Below, piece after piece: positions 1-11,750 of a stretch of DNA of 38,929 nt (the stretch's first letter is position 1; the number at the start of each line of letters is the position of its first letter). The position numbers and the translations under genes were made by a program. The notes below the pieces were generated by a model. That model saw only the letters and a list, made by a program, of their open reading frames with translations, did not search any database and had not been told where the DNA came from. Origin of the DNA: Octopus bimaculoides (Eukaryota). The DNA is taken from NCBI RefSeq assembly GCF_001194135.2, contig NC_068982.1, positions 52,344,999 to 52,383,927 of the forward strand, written 5' to 3'.

Positions 1-358
1 TGTGTAAAGATGTATATGCGTGTAATATATTTTTCAAGCCTGGATATCTTAGCGTACGTGCACATAGGAGTATCATATTATTAATCCTGTCGTGTTTCTT
101 TCAATCTCTGTCAACCTGTTTCATTCCACATTGACACGCTGGAAGCAGTTACCAACCTTAAAAAAGTGAGTTTCAACGTCACGATAAATGTAAAGAGATA
201 AAAGAAAAAAAAAAAAAAAAAAAATTAAATGTCGAAGCAACATTTTACTTAAGTGCAAATATACCCACGTATTACATATACAAATGTATTCGCAAATACA
301 TGGAAAACGTACGGAAAAATGCAGGCATAAATATCTTAAAAATACACTCAAAGCTGTG

Positions 359-430
359 CTAATAAACTCTCAATCTAATATACTAATATACTCACTAATA
401 AACTCTCAATCTAATATACTAATATACTTA
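359..430. repeat. 36-bp tandem duplication
   Basis: CTAATAAACTCTCAATCTAATATACTAATATACT(C/T)A at 359-394 and 395-430. Confidence 0.9.
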
Positions 431-487
431 CTAGTATACTCACGATGAGAACAAATAAACGTACAGCATTCTCTTGCAGGTAATGTT

Positions 488-832
488 AAATTCTCAACAT
501 ATACTTCCAAATAAATTCACAAGTACATTCGCAACATACATTTACAAATAGATACACAAATACATTCTCAACAAATGCTGACAAATGAATTCACAAGTAC
601 ATTCGCAACATACATTTACAAATAAATACACAAATACATTCTCAACAAANNNNNNNNNNACAAATACATTCTCAACAAATGCTGACAAATGAATTCACAA
701 GTACATTCGCAACATACATTTACAAATAAATACACAAATACATTCTCAACAAATGCAAGCAAATAAATTCACTAAAACACTCTCTACATATACTTCCAAA
801 TAAATTCACAAAAACATTCGCAAATACATTTA
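488..832. repeat. Minisatellite, 74-bp unit built from 12-13-bp CAAATACATTC(A/G)-like monomers; array collapsed at gap 650-659
   Basis: CAAAT(A/G)AATTCACAAGTACATTCGCAACATACATTTACAAAT... starts at 508 and 582 (period 74) and recurs after the gap; edge copies are degenerate. Confidence 0.9.
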
Positions 833-1467
833 TTTGTGAAGATACAGAGACAAGTTTTTATTAACAATGCAACGTATCAGTTGATTTATATGCAAGAATA
901 TGCGGAGAAATTCTTTAACAAATAATGTTTTCAGAAATTATGTAATAAAGTATAAGTAATGTAATGGCTTGAAAAAAGTTTATTTGATAGTTCAGTAATA
1001 TAGCATAATATATGTCATGACCATATGTTTAATTATGTAAATATAGTAAAAGCAATGGGTAATAATTTATATTGTTATCCATTAGTATTACTTGTTACTG
1101 ACAGAATTAATTTTGCACTGATAGCGCTATCCTTCTAATTTACAATGCGCTTCGTCTTTAGTTGTTATGATTGATCTCATAATTTTAGGTGACACAGGAT
1201 TACAAATGATCTATAAGGCTATCAAGTTCAAGTGAAACAATTATCTCTTAATTGACGTTAATTTGAAACTAATATTCGCTAACGGCAAAAATATTCTGCT
1301 GTTCTCAGCAGAAGGCCACTATTTGTGGTTTAAGCATTTTATGCACTGCTTCTACTGTGTTCTGCTGATATCTTTTGCTGTGTATTAACTGCATCAGTTC
1401 CTATAATTCTTGCACTTATTTCCAGAAGCTGGTGCAACTCTTGCGCTTATTTGCTGAAGCGTGATAG

Positions 1468-1885
1468 GTGTATAAACCAATTCGCTATACAGTGTTCGAG
1501 CATACTCTTACCTACGGTCATGGATTTTGTGTTATGACCAAAAGAATACGATCGCGAATACTAGTAGCTCAGAGATCATTGAGGCATTCCTCCAGGTAGA
1601 GCCGTTACTTCTCCGAATTGACAGGTCACAATTCTGGCACAACGCATAAGTGGTAAGAATGTGTCGGGAAAGAATCGTTGGACAGATTTTACGGGGAAAA
1701 CAAACTGGCGAGAGAGCCAGGAGTAGACAACGTACAAGATAGTTGGATAACATCCATGAGCTCGGTTGGTCGCGCTTGGTGATGCAGCCACATCAATTGG
1801 AGATAGTTGCTTTCGACAGGACTCGAATGCTTGAGGACTCTACTTCCACTATCCTTCCAGTATTAAGTGGGCGAAGAAGATGAAC
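1468..1885 (+). mobile_element. RTE-clade LINE (Rex3/Expander-like) 3' fragment, internally deleted
   Basis: Manual translation gives TLTYGHGFCVMTKRIRSRI (from 1504) and EAFLQVEPLLLRIDRSQFWHNA*VVRMCRERIVGQILRGKQTGERARSRQRTR*LDNIHELGWSRL (from 1581), matching the Rex3-type C-terminus (TYGHELWVMT...VEPLLLRIERSQLRW...GRPRTRW). Contains stops; not in the ORF track. Confidence 0.8.
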
Positions 1886-2104
1886 TTACAGAACGCTGAA
1901 ACGTTATGATTTTCATTTCCATATACACATATCTTGATATTATTCCTTTGCTAAGTACCCAGAGCGGAAAGATAGTGAGCAGAACCCCGGGTTCACTGAA
2001 TCCCATCAGTATTAAAGTTTAAGGTAGCGGAGATAGTGTTCAACCGATTATACTTCATTCTTTTGTGAGTACTTCAGTGGAAAAAGAGTTGAAATCGTGT
2101 ACAT

Positions 2105-2635
2105 GCTTTTTTAGTTTTGAGAAAATTGGCATAAGTAGGGGGTAAATATATTTCCCACTGCTGTCCAAGACATTTGTTTGTAAATGCTGACATTGAATCT
2201 GAAAAACTATTTTGTGTGAATTTAATGACGAATTTTATTCCTTCAGTAATTAATCTTTTTCTATTCGGTGTGGAATTTCATTTGGGAATTATGTTGTTTC
2301 TGGTACAAGCCAGAATTATGTTGTTTCTGGTACGTAGTTGTGTGAGATAGTAGTGTAGATGTTAAATACATCAAATGATACAAGGCTAGTGCTTTTGTTA
2401 ACATTTCTCGGGAAGTGTTTTAACAGGTGCCAGACACCTTTTATAAGCCTTAGTATATTTCACAATGGATTTCAGCAGTATGTTTATAAAGTTACTGCGT
2501 CTGAGTGTTTCACAAACCGGGCCTGCTACAACTGATCTTAGTTTAAGATCATTGAAGTGTAATATGTTTAAAATGTTCAAGTTGATTCTGTACAGGTTTC
2601 GGAAAAGAAGGAAAAGGATAGAAATGTCTAATGAT
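2105..2635 (-). mobile_element. Penelope-like element RT fragment (decayed)
   Basis: NDLKLRSVVAGPVCETLRRSNFINILLK (ORF 2398-2679), then in shifted frames HFPRNVNKSTSLVSFDVFNIYTTISQ and FNVSIYKQMSWTAVG...PTYANF, resembling PLE RT motifs (RPIVAGP..., SFDV.SLYT, Y.Q..GTAMG...PTYAN). A 21-bp direct repeat (2286-2306/2313-2333) lies inside. Confidence 0.8.
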
Positions 2636-3505
2636 ACGTATTGCACTAGAAGACATGTCTGCCTATGCAAACATAGCAAATCTTATGTTGATGAAGTAGC
2701 TGGAGGTATAAAGTGTATGCATATATTTGGGTCTGTCGCCAAGTATGATCCTGTGAAGTCTACACTTGTTATTCCTCCTATACCCTTACCATTCATATCT
2801 CGATCACCCTTCTGTCTATTGTATTCTTTTTCTGTAATTAATGAAAACAGAATCCATTACTATATGTATCATCACCCTTTTTGGTTTGCCAGTCATCTCT
2901 TCCTTTCACTCAGCCACTTGCTACTGTCTTTTCTGCTTCATTCTTATCTGTGCTCTCTTGCTTATTATTGACTACTTCATCCTTAACTACATATGACTAC
3001 CGTGACCTATATTTCTATCACTCACTTATTTATCGCACTCTTGCAACCATTACCCGCCCTTCATGATCCATCAGCCAGTATGCTCAGTCCTATTCACTTA
3101 ATTCGATGTATTTCCCTGAGAGCGCTTTGGCGCCCCGTACCATCATCTCTATCTCCCTTCTTAGCACCGCTCTATCCACCTCACACACCTATATTTAGCA
3201 TGAGTTAGCTCTAAATCTCTTCCTAATCAACCCATCTCACTTTACTTCTTGTCAATCACTCTCAACCACCCCCTGACACTACTCCTATTCTTTCCTTTCT
3301 ATTACTCCCTTCCCTAACATTGTCTACTAGATTCTCCATCGGCAACACAAACCAATTCCTTTAACTTCTCAACACCTCGCCTAGTCAGCACTCATTCTCC
3401 TGTTCTTCTTTGAGGTGGAAACTCTTTACTCTTGCAAGTACTCTTTACTTTGGCGACTTCACCAGTGCTGGTTCCATCTATATAGTCAATATATCTATCT
3501 ATATA

Positions 3506-3654
3506 GGGAGGTGTGGGTGTGTGGTAAGAAGCTTGCTTCCTAACCACATGGTTCCGGGTTCAGCCTCACTGGGCATGTGTCTTCTAAAATAGTCTCAGGC
3601 CGACTAAAGTCTTGTGAATGGATTTGGTTGACGGAAACTGAAAGAAGTCCGTCC

Positions 3655-3655
<1 letters not shown>
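3506..3655 (+). mobile_element. tRNA-derived SINE (family B), 5' half followed by (TA)n
   Basis: A-box-like TGGGTGTGTGG and B-box-like GGTTCAGCCTC; body ends GACGGAAACTGAAAGAAGTCCGTCCG then (TA)20 at 3656-3695; homologous heads at 13148-14570 and 32757-32885. Confidence 0.75.
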
Positions 3656-3695
<40 letters not shown>

Positions 3696-3696
<1 letters not shown>

Positions 3697-4573
3697 GAGG
3701 TCTGATCAATAAGTATCCGGACGGTTGCCATAGTAACGAAGCTAAAGCACGTAATGTAAAGCCGCCTGGCAAAGACTGACCTTGATCTCTGCTTAAGTTT
3801 TAACGTTCTAGCTCATTTCCGCTGTTTACAGCAGTGCTTCGAAGTAACGTGCGTAACGTGTGATCGTCGTATTGACCTTGATAGAAAAAGTTACTATGGA
3901 GATACCTGCTCAGAGGCCTGCGCAAAGTTGCAGAAAGTGTATGGAGAGGAGTGTATGAGCCGCACACAAGTGTACGAGTGGTTCAGACGTTTTTAAGATG
4001 GCCGAAAGAATGTCGATAGTGATGAACGTTCTGGGAGACTTGCAACCAGCAGACCTGAGAAAATCATCGCGGATATGCAGCTGTGAGAGGAAATCGTCGA
4101 ATCACCAACCGTGAGTTACCAGAGGGTGTGTAAATTAGTTACGGTTCAGTTCAGTCCATTATCACTGATGATTTGGGTATGAGACGCGTGTCTGCCAAGT
4201 TTGTGCCAAAACCGCTTTAAGCTGATAAAAAACACACCCAGGTTTCAGTTGCACAAAAACTCCTTGATTGTGTCGAAAACAAAGAAAACTTTTTGAAAAC
4301 CTTGCATAGGCCTCTGAGCAGGTATCGCCAAGCTTTTGGCAAAATTTAATGCAGATTGTTTGCTCAACTTTCTCTGTCATGGTTAATACGACAAACACAC
4401 GTACACACGTAACTTCCAAGCACTGCTGTAAACAGCAGGAGTAAGCTAGAACGTTAAAACTTGGTGCGCATGCATACCAGAGTTTAAGGTCAATCTATGC
4501 CAAGAGGTTTTACTCTACGTGCCTTAGCGTCGTTACCATAGCAACAGTCTGGATACTTATTGATCAGACCACG
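3696..4573. mobile_element. Non-autonomous fold-back mariner made of two 5' ends, TA-flanked
   Basis: TA|CGAGGTCTGATCAATAAGTATCCGG at the left end and its reverse complement at the right (61/73 identical). Plus arm encodes DTCSEACAKLQKVYGEECMSRTQVYEWFRRF*DGRKNVDSDERSGR...RRVSAKFVPKPL...ENFLKT; minus arm encodes MTEKVEQTICIKFCQKLGDTCSEAYAR. Confidence 0.9.
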
Positions 4574-5557
4574 TATATATATATATATNNNNNNNNNNNN
4601 NNNNNNNNNNNNNNNNNNNNNNNNNNNNNNNNNNNNNNNNNNNNNNNNNNNNNNNNNNNNNNNNNNNNNNNNNNNNNNNNNNNNNNNNNNNNNNNNNNNN
4701 NNNNNNNNNNNNNNNNNNNNNNNNNNNNNNNNNNNNNNNNNNNNNNNNNNNNNNNNNNNNNNNNNNNNNNNNNNNNNNNNNNNNNNNNNNNNNNNNNNNN
4801 NNNNNNNNNNNNNNNNNNNNNNNNNNNNNNNNNNNNNNNNNNNNNNNNNNNNNNNNNNNNNNNNNNNNNNNNNNNNNNNNNNNNNNNNNNNNNNNNNNNN
4901 NNNNNNNNNNNNNNNNNNNNNNNNNNNNNNNNNNNNNNNNNNNNNNNNNNNNNNNNNNNNNNNNNNNNNNNNNNNNNNNNNNNNNNNNNNNNNNNNNNNN
5001 NNNNNNNNNNNNNNNNNNNNNNNNNNNNNNNNNNNNNNNNNNNNNNNNNNNNNNNNNNNNNNNNNNNNNNNNNNNNNNNNNNNNNNNNNNNNNNNNNNNN
5101 NNNNNNNNNNNNNNNNNNNNNNNNNNNNNNNNNNNNNNNNNNNNNNNNNNNNNNNNNNNNNNNNNNNNNNNNNNNNNNNNNNNNNNNNNNNNNNNNNNNN
5201 NNNNNNNNNNNNNNNNNNNNNNNNNNNNNNNNNNNNNNNNNNNNNNNNNNNNNNNNNNNNNNNNNNNNNNNNNNNNNNNNNNNNNNNNNNNNNNNNNNNN
5301 NNNNNNNNNNNNNNNNNNNNNNNNNNNNNNNNNNNNNNNNNNNNNNNNNNNNNNNNNNNNNNNNNNNNNNNNNNNNNNNNNNNNNNNNNNNNNNNNNNNN
5401 NNNNNNNNNNNNNNNNNNNNNNNNNNNNNNNNNNNNNNNNNNNNNNNNNNNNNNNNNNNNNNNNNNNNNNNNNNNNNNNNNNNNNNNNNNNNNNNNNNNN
5501 NNNNNNNNNNNNNNNNNNNNNNNNNNNNNNNNNNNNNNNNNNNNNNNNNNNNNNNNN

Positions 5558-5609
<52 letters not shown>

Positions 5610-5611
5610 AC
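5558..5611. repeat. (CA)n microsatellite at gap edge
   Basis: Seen directly. Confidence 0.95.
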
Positions 5612-6021
5612 AGAGTTTTAAAATTCCCCCGTACATTGTACAATTTAAAAATAACGCGTAGCTTTCATTTTATATAGAAGTCTTCAGCTGTTGTTGAAAT
5701 TTTATACCTAAAGGATGTATATGTGGAAACGAGCTTGTTGTTCTTGAGGCGGTAGATAAGTTTATGACCATCGAAGTCTTGATGTTGTTACTGTCTCACC
5801 TCTCTGCCTATATTTTCCTTATGTATAACAATCAGTGGCAATTAAACTAAATCAATTTCACCATCCTTCCTCGGGCTAAATTATATGCAAAAGTTATTGA
5901 CCTTTTGATGTTAGAAATTTCATTTCTGTTATTTCTGAAATCTTACATCTTTTGAGTTGGTTTAACGTAGAATACTGAGTTGTAATGTTATATTATTGTA
6001 ATGCTCTAATATTGATTTCAA

Positions 6022-6112
6022 ATTTTGGCACCACGCTAGCAATCTGAGGTGGGATGTGGGGAGTAAGTCAATTACATTGATTCCAGTGCTCAACTGATAT
6101 TTATTTTATCAG
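6022..6112 (-). mobile_element. SINE family A, 3' fragment
   Basis: TTTCAAATTTTGGCAC...AAGTCAATTACATTGATTCCAGTGCTCAACTG is the reverse complement of the 3' part of the copy at 33152-33360. Confidence 0.75.
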
Positions 6113-6739
6113 TTGATACAAGATAACGAATATTTCATTAATCTATCTGAACTAAGGTGTTGGCTGTAGCAGTGCACATTTCAGAGCTATATCTTCATAG
6201 TTTTCCATATTGACATTAGCCTTTACGAACAGATGGCATTCTAGCTGACCTATAACTATTACTCGTTAGCTTAAGATTTCGCTAACAGCTAAATCTTCCC
6301 CAAGTTACATCTTAACGATTTTAAAACGAAAGGACAGATTCATTAACCTAGATATCATAATGGGTGTGTTCGAATTAAATGGTGTAAGTCATTCAAATCT
6401 TTCCTTGGCTAATAACGTGCATGGTTCCCGGGTCTATAGACGTTAGAAACATCATGTAAGTTTCGCCGTTTGTGAGCCGGTAGATATTTTCCTCGAAGCT
6501 GTACATCAACTCTGCTGTTTTCCAAGATTTCACATGTAACTCTAGGTGAAACTGCTAGCCCTGTTAAAGGCTAGCTAATATTTGATCAAGGACAGCTTAT
6601 TTCCATAAACGACGCTATCTTTTATATCTAGAGGCCGTTCTCCTATCCACTATCTGAGCACTCGGTATCTGGGAGTTTTATCTCCTGTTCTGTCTTATCA
6701 AACCATGACATAATGCATCTAAAGATAAAACAAAGGAAG

Positions 6740-7172
6740 GTCGTCACTAGTACGCCATTTATTTTCGACACCATGGTTTTGGACTAAACTGGGATCAAAT
6801 AACACCAGCGATAACCTATGTCTATTCCTTATATCACCGTGCTTGGTTTTAGAGAATGAAGATGTTGGACAACAACAACATCATTTACTTTTCTTGTCCC
6901 GATGTGGCTTCGTCTAGCATCTCAGATAAAAATGTGTCCGAGTGTTTTCGAATACTGCCACATCTACGCCTTATAAATCTGAATTTTTTGACAAGGTATT
7001 AAAAATCTGTGGGGCCTTGACCCCAAAGCTGTTACAGTATTTGGTACTCGCGATAGATGGACATGTGGACAGGGCGGGGGCCTGTGGTGCTATACAATAG
7101 TATCGAGTTTGGGGGCTGGTATAGTTTTAAATCCCGAAATTAGGTGCTTGACTCTCCAGGATTTTCCATTGT
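6740..7172 (-). mobile_element. CR1-group LINE 3' fragment, related to 27537-28699
   Basis: Manual translation WKILESQAPNFGI*NYTSPQTRYYCI...TKYCNSFGVKAPQIFNTL...GVDVAVF aligns with KILEGLEPNFGIECYTNTRTGCHCI...TRYCKSLGFKGPQLFNAQ...KVEVDVF of the second copy. Confidence 0.8.
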
Positions 7173-7177
7173 ACTGG

Positions 7178-7220
7178 CAGTGACTTCGAAGTTTCGGTCA
7201 GCTAAACAATCACCGGACTG
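7178..7220 (-). ncRNA. Minimal type I hammerhead-ribozyme-like motif, copy A (degenerate core)
   Basis: CAGT-CCGGTGA-TTGTTTAGCTGACC-GAAAC-TTCGAA-GTC-ACTG: stem I CAGT/ACTG, core CUGANGA with 2 changes, GAAA, palindromic stem III ACTTCGAAGT, GUC site. Confidence 0.65.
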
Positions 7221-7715
7221 TATTGCATTTGATTGACAAACTTTCCATACTAATATTATTGTGACATGCTTAAGTGATAACTAACACCCTCTCAAAATAT
7301 AGAGGTGAAAAACCACATACAATACCAACCTACCAACTAATTAGACCTTACCACCTACTGATATTCTTTTGTGAACACCGATCTTCTAAAAGCTGACCAA
7401 CCCAGTAAACACAATTGTAAAAGTGTATTCTACTCCTGATATAGTACGTACATTCTAAGTGGTTCATTCTTGCTTCATATTTTCCTTCATATTTCATGCA
7501 CATGTGTCTTATTCTGAGTATAAGCGATATTTGTATTGTATAGAATATACTCGATGGACAAATTTTATTCATTAAAAAGATGTTAAATGTATAATGGAGT
7601 AAATAAGATCCAGGCTACATATGTTTCACAGCGAGTGGAACCTCGGAAGTGGTAAATATCCGCTCGCTATGAAACATATGTAGCCCAGATCTAATCTATT
7701 CCATTCCTTAACTCT

Positions 7716-7740
7716 TGTGTGTGTGTGTGTGTGTGTGTGT

Positions 7741-7815
<75 letters not shown>

Positions 7816-7875
7816 CATACATACATATATATACATATACATATATACATGTACATATATACACGTACATATATA
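7716..7875. repeat. Compound microsatellite (GT)n-(ATAC)n-(TA)n
   Basis: Seen directly. Confidence 0.95.
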
Positions 7876-9479
7876 TACCCTTAAAACATGCTTTCATTAT
7901 ATCAGTTTATTTCTTTGGTATCTTGTGTCAATTAGCTAAAGTACGGAGACAACTACTAAAGGAGTGTATTTGCACAGTGAGGTGAAATGGATACGTATTA
8001 TACTTTCTTATATAAATATATTTCAAACTTAACCACAAACTCGCCGTTTCAATAATTCACTTACTACATGCCACCAAAGAGTGCATTAATAGGCAAATGA
8101 ACAAAAACATTGTCTATCGTTCATCGCAGTTTGCATATGCAGTTATACTATTCTTTCTCATTCCTTCTCTCCCTGTAGTTAGGACTATAAGCACCTTTGA
8201 CGAGCTACTAAAGATAAGCAAAAAAATAGTCGAGTTGGTCTTCTGTTCGTTCTCCACAAGCAATGCTGTGGTTTAACCGCGGTATTAAGTTGTACAGCTA
8301 GGCTCTTCTTGCGCATCTGTAAACTATTGGAGAGTTTTCTATATCTATTTTACTTACCGTTTTCTCGTATCAGACATAAAATCATTGCATAATACTTGCT
8401 ATGTGAGCTAGTTGTATGACTGGTGTCGATCCAATAATTCGCCACTTCAGTCGAGCATGATGATTTCGCTTCATATTTATTTTTATGTATTTGGAATTGA
8501 TCATTATCTCCAGATGAGAACTATTTTGTACAGAAGTTTTCGTCTGCTGAGCGCTTTTTTAAGCAGCATTCACTCTTCTTATTGCCGGAACTTTGTTAGA
8601 CAGATTCCGACATTTATTTTCCCCAGTTTTGCATAACTCTGCTTTGTAGTATTTGTTTATTCGTGATTTCGCTTCTCTTTCCGGTCCTCATCTGTCTCCA
8701 TACTTACTCTTTAATCTCAAATAAAGTACGTAATAATTTTGATGTTTTGATTTAAAGTTCCTCCGTATGGAAATGCTTTCTATATCGCATGTGTCAGACT
8801 GATAGTTTGTGCTAACATATAAAGTTTCCAAGTTCTTATATATATATATATATATATNNNNNNNNNNNNNNNNNNNNNNNNNNNNNNNNNNNNNNNNNNN
8901 NNNNNNNNNNNNNNNNNNNNNNNNNNNNNNNNNNNNNNNNNNNNNNNNNNNNNNNNNNNNNNNNNNNNNNNNNNNNNNNNNNNNNNNNNNNNNNNNNNNN
9001 NNNNNNNNNNNNNNNNNNNNNNNNNNNNNNNNNNNNNNNNNNNNNNNNNNNNNNNNNNNNNNNNNNNNNNNNNNNNNNNNNNNNNNNNNNNNNNNNNNNN
9101 NNNNNNNNNNNNNNNNNNNNNNNNNNNNNNNNNNNNNNNNNNNNNNNNNNNNNNNNNNNNNNNNNNTATATATATATATATATATATATATGTACGTGTG
9201 TGTATTGGTGTGTGTTTATATATATGTGTATATATATATACACATACCTACATACACATGCATATATAGATATAGGACATATTGGAATATGTATAATATT
9301 TATGAAAATTCGCTTCTAGTTTAAGAGTGCTAGCTTCTTTGAAGTAGGTGTTCTATTTCTTTCCCTAAATTCTTTTGATCTGGCTTTTGATTATTGACAG
9401 GGCATATATATCTCTATTGCTGCGCAAAGAATTAATGTGACTTAATAAAGAAATATTAGCAACAACTATAACAATAATA

Positions 9480-10950
9480 ATACTTCTTTTTATTTCGGCC
9501 ACAAGGGCTCACACAAAAACATACAATAAACAATACATGTGTTGCTTAACAAAGTTGTATAAAGACGAGGTGAGGTGTAAAGACGTTATACTAGAGACGG
9601 ATTAAAAAATTGATTTAATAAAATAGAGAGTAAACAGAAAAATGTTAAACACCCAATAATTAAAACAAAATATAATGGTAATATTACATTAAAATACATT
9701 TTGGGTTGCCAATCTACACACAACTGAGAAGGCACTTGTTAAGTCGAGACAGAGCGCGCCACATTTCTCTTCATCCCCCAGACATTGTATATTTCTCGGG
9801 CATTCCTGAAATCTACCGTCAGCATCTTTTACATTGGGTTCGTCGAGAAAGGGGCCTACTTCTTCCGGGGAGAAATGCTTCATATGTTTATAAGCTCGAT
9901 TGTTTGCACCTGGATGTGATCATTGGTTACGTTATACTGATCCAGTTCCTTCTCTATCCATAAATTGACTGGCTTTGTCTCCTCAAGTTCGTATAACAAT
10001 TCAAGAGGTTCCTGTTATTATTTCTAATAACTGTGAAACCCGATCGAATCCCACAGACCGGCTTTAAAAAAAATCCTAGAACTTTTCTGAGAGAGTTATG
10101 GGCTCGTTTGGATTTTTTAAAAGACTCTTTTTACATTTTCTCTTCTCTCCTACTACCCTCCGTTTTTGAAGCTGTATTTGATCACCATCCGCTCAAGTGG
10201 ACGTGGTCTAGCTGTATTAGGAATGGGTATTTCATCATTTTCTTTCTCTGTAATCGAATTCAAAGCGACTACCTCTGCCAATCCCGGACTGACTGAAAGT
10301 ATCAAGAAATTATTTTTTTACTGCGACCGAGGACGAAGCAGATTTTTCGATCCATCTCGTAGCTGAAACCGCTTGTACTATTAACGGTGTAGCTGACTCC
10401 TAGCTCTGATCAATCGTTTTATGCTTTCCAGTGACATTTGCTACCACAAGTGAAATAACTGGGTTTTCTTGTATCTTGGTTTCGGATTCAACATCGACAT
10501 CGGAAGTTAGCTCTGGGATAAACTTGTCGTTCTAAGTGGCATAAGTTACTTGCAAGTCCATGCCTGCTCTTACTTCCACCCACATATTATTTCTTACTAT
10601 TTGTGCATTCAACATCTATCTATATTGCTTTACAAAATATACGACTAACCTCGGGTTAATATCGCTTCTATATACCTGATTGATACTTTGTGTTACTCTG
10701 CCCCGTGTACTGGAGTGCAAGCTTACGAGCGGGTGTTTGTGCACATACCCTGTTTCTTTACGGTTTTCGTCTTCAGCCGTAAAATTCAGAGACATGGCTC
10801 TTCTTTTCCGATATGGCTGAAAATTGGCCCGGATATCCGTCAGTGCTTCCTTAAATTCTTGTTTTGTTGGCATTGAAAAAGTTCCCTATACTTTTGTCAG
10901 ATTAAGGTATCTTAGTTTCTTTCTTATCTGTTTTTCAGTATTTTACGTGG
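9480..10950 (-). mobile_element. Putative decayed ORF1-like retroelement with an L1/Tx1-type 3' end and no RT
   Basis: One minus frame runs about 210 codons (about 10945-10313) with 4 internal stops, and protein-like frames continue to about 9700. The terminus TTTATTTCGGCCACAAGGGCTCACACA (about 9490) resembles TTTATTGCCCACAAGGGGCAACACA at the 3' end of the L1/Tx1 at about 17925. No recognisable domain. Confidence 0.4.
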
Positions 10951-11455
10951 GCAAGGAGATTAAGCTCTTGTCAAAACAATTTTTTTATTGTCGCTTTTCA
11001 GCCTGTTTTATCCCAAGCAGTATTTTAATACTTAGGCAAAACTAACTGCATGTACTGACGATCACATTTCTACTGTGATTTTGTGAGTAAAAGTGTTGTT
11101 GCTTGTGTCGTCGCCGAAAAATATATCAGATTTTCCAAAAAAATGTATTTCTGTTTCCTAAAAAGGCAAGATCCATGTTTATGACAGGGGAAAACTTCAG
11201 CAGATCTAGTCTGGTATTATTTCGCTTCACAATGGCAGAAATGCTATATTCATTCTTCCTTGCAGAGGCGTTGTCGCTGTTGTCTAATGTCATTATGAAT
11301 GAAGTCGAAACAAATGTCCAAGAAAAGATTTTGTTTTGTTTTGTTTTATGATGACGACCTTTTACAAGACAAAACAAACAATAAATCTTAATTTGTGCAA
11401 CATAAGATCCTGGAAATATCTGCACTTCAGATCTCAACAGCAAAAGCAAGAAGAA

Positions 11456-11459
<4 letters not shown>

Positions 11460-11522
<63 letters not shown>

Positions 11523-11529
11523 TAATAAT
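11460..11529. repeat. (AAT)n, the expanded tail of the adjacent SINE
   Basis: Abuts the reverse-complemented SINE 3' end; family A copies end in ATT repeats. Confidence 0.9.
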
Positions 11530-11667
11530 GGTTTCAAAGTTTTGTACAAGGCCAGCATTTACGTTCTGAGTTCAAATTTCGTCTAGGCTAACTTTGACTT
11601 TCATCCTTTTGGGGTCGATAAAATAAATACCAGTTGAGCACTGGGGTTGATGTAGTCGACTTACACC
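11530..11667 (-). mobile_element. SINE family A copy with an internal inversion
   Basis: 11530-11557 is the 3' terminal segment on the minus strand; 11558-11667 is the B-box-to-core body on the plus strand. Confidence 0.8.
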
Positions 11668-11678
11668 TGCCTGCCTGC

Positions 11679-11750
<72 letters not shown>
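11668..11750. repeat. (CCTG)n-(ATCT)n microsatellite
   Basis: Seen directly. Confidence 0.95.

Noticed and set aside
488-832. CRISPR-like interpretation of the regular repeat
   Set aside because: No unique spacers, no cas genes, eukaryotic context.
2800-3460. Pyrimidine-rich block, possibly a decayed PLE or LINE end
   Set aside because: No motif or in-window homologue found.
5611-5645. Possible Tc1-like TIR (CAGAGTTTTAAAATTCCCCCGTAC)
   Set aside because: No matching opposite end and no transposase remnant.
7626-7985. YI/CV/HT-repeat ORFs and the poly-N/poly-I ORFs at 11336-11586
   Set aside because: Translations of microsatellites.
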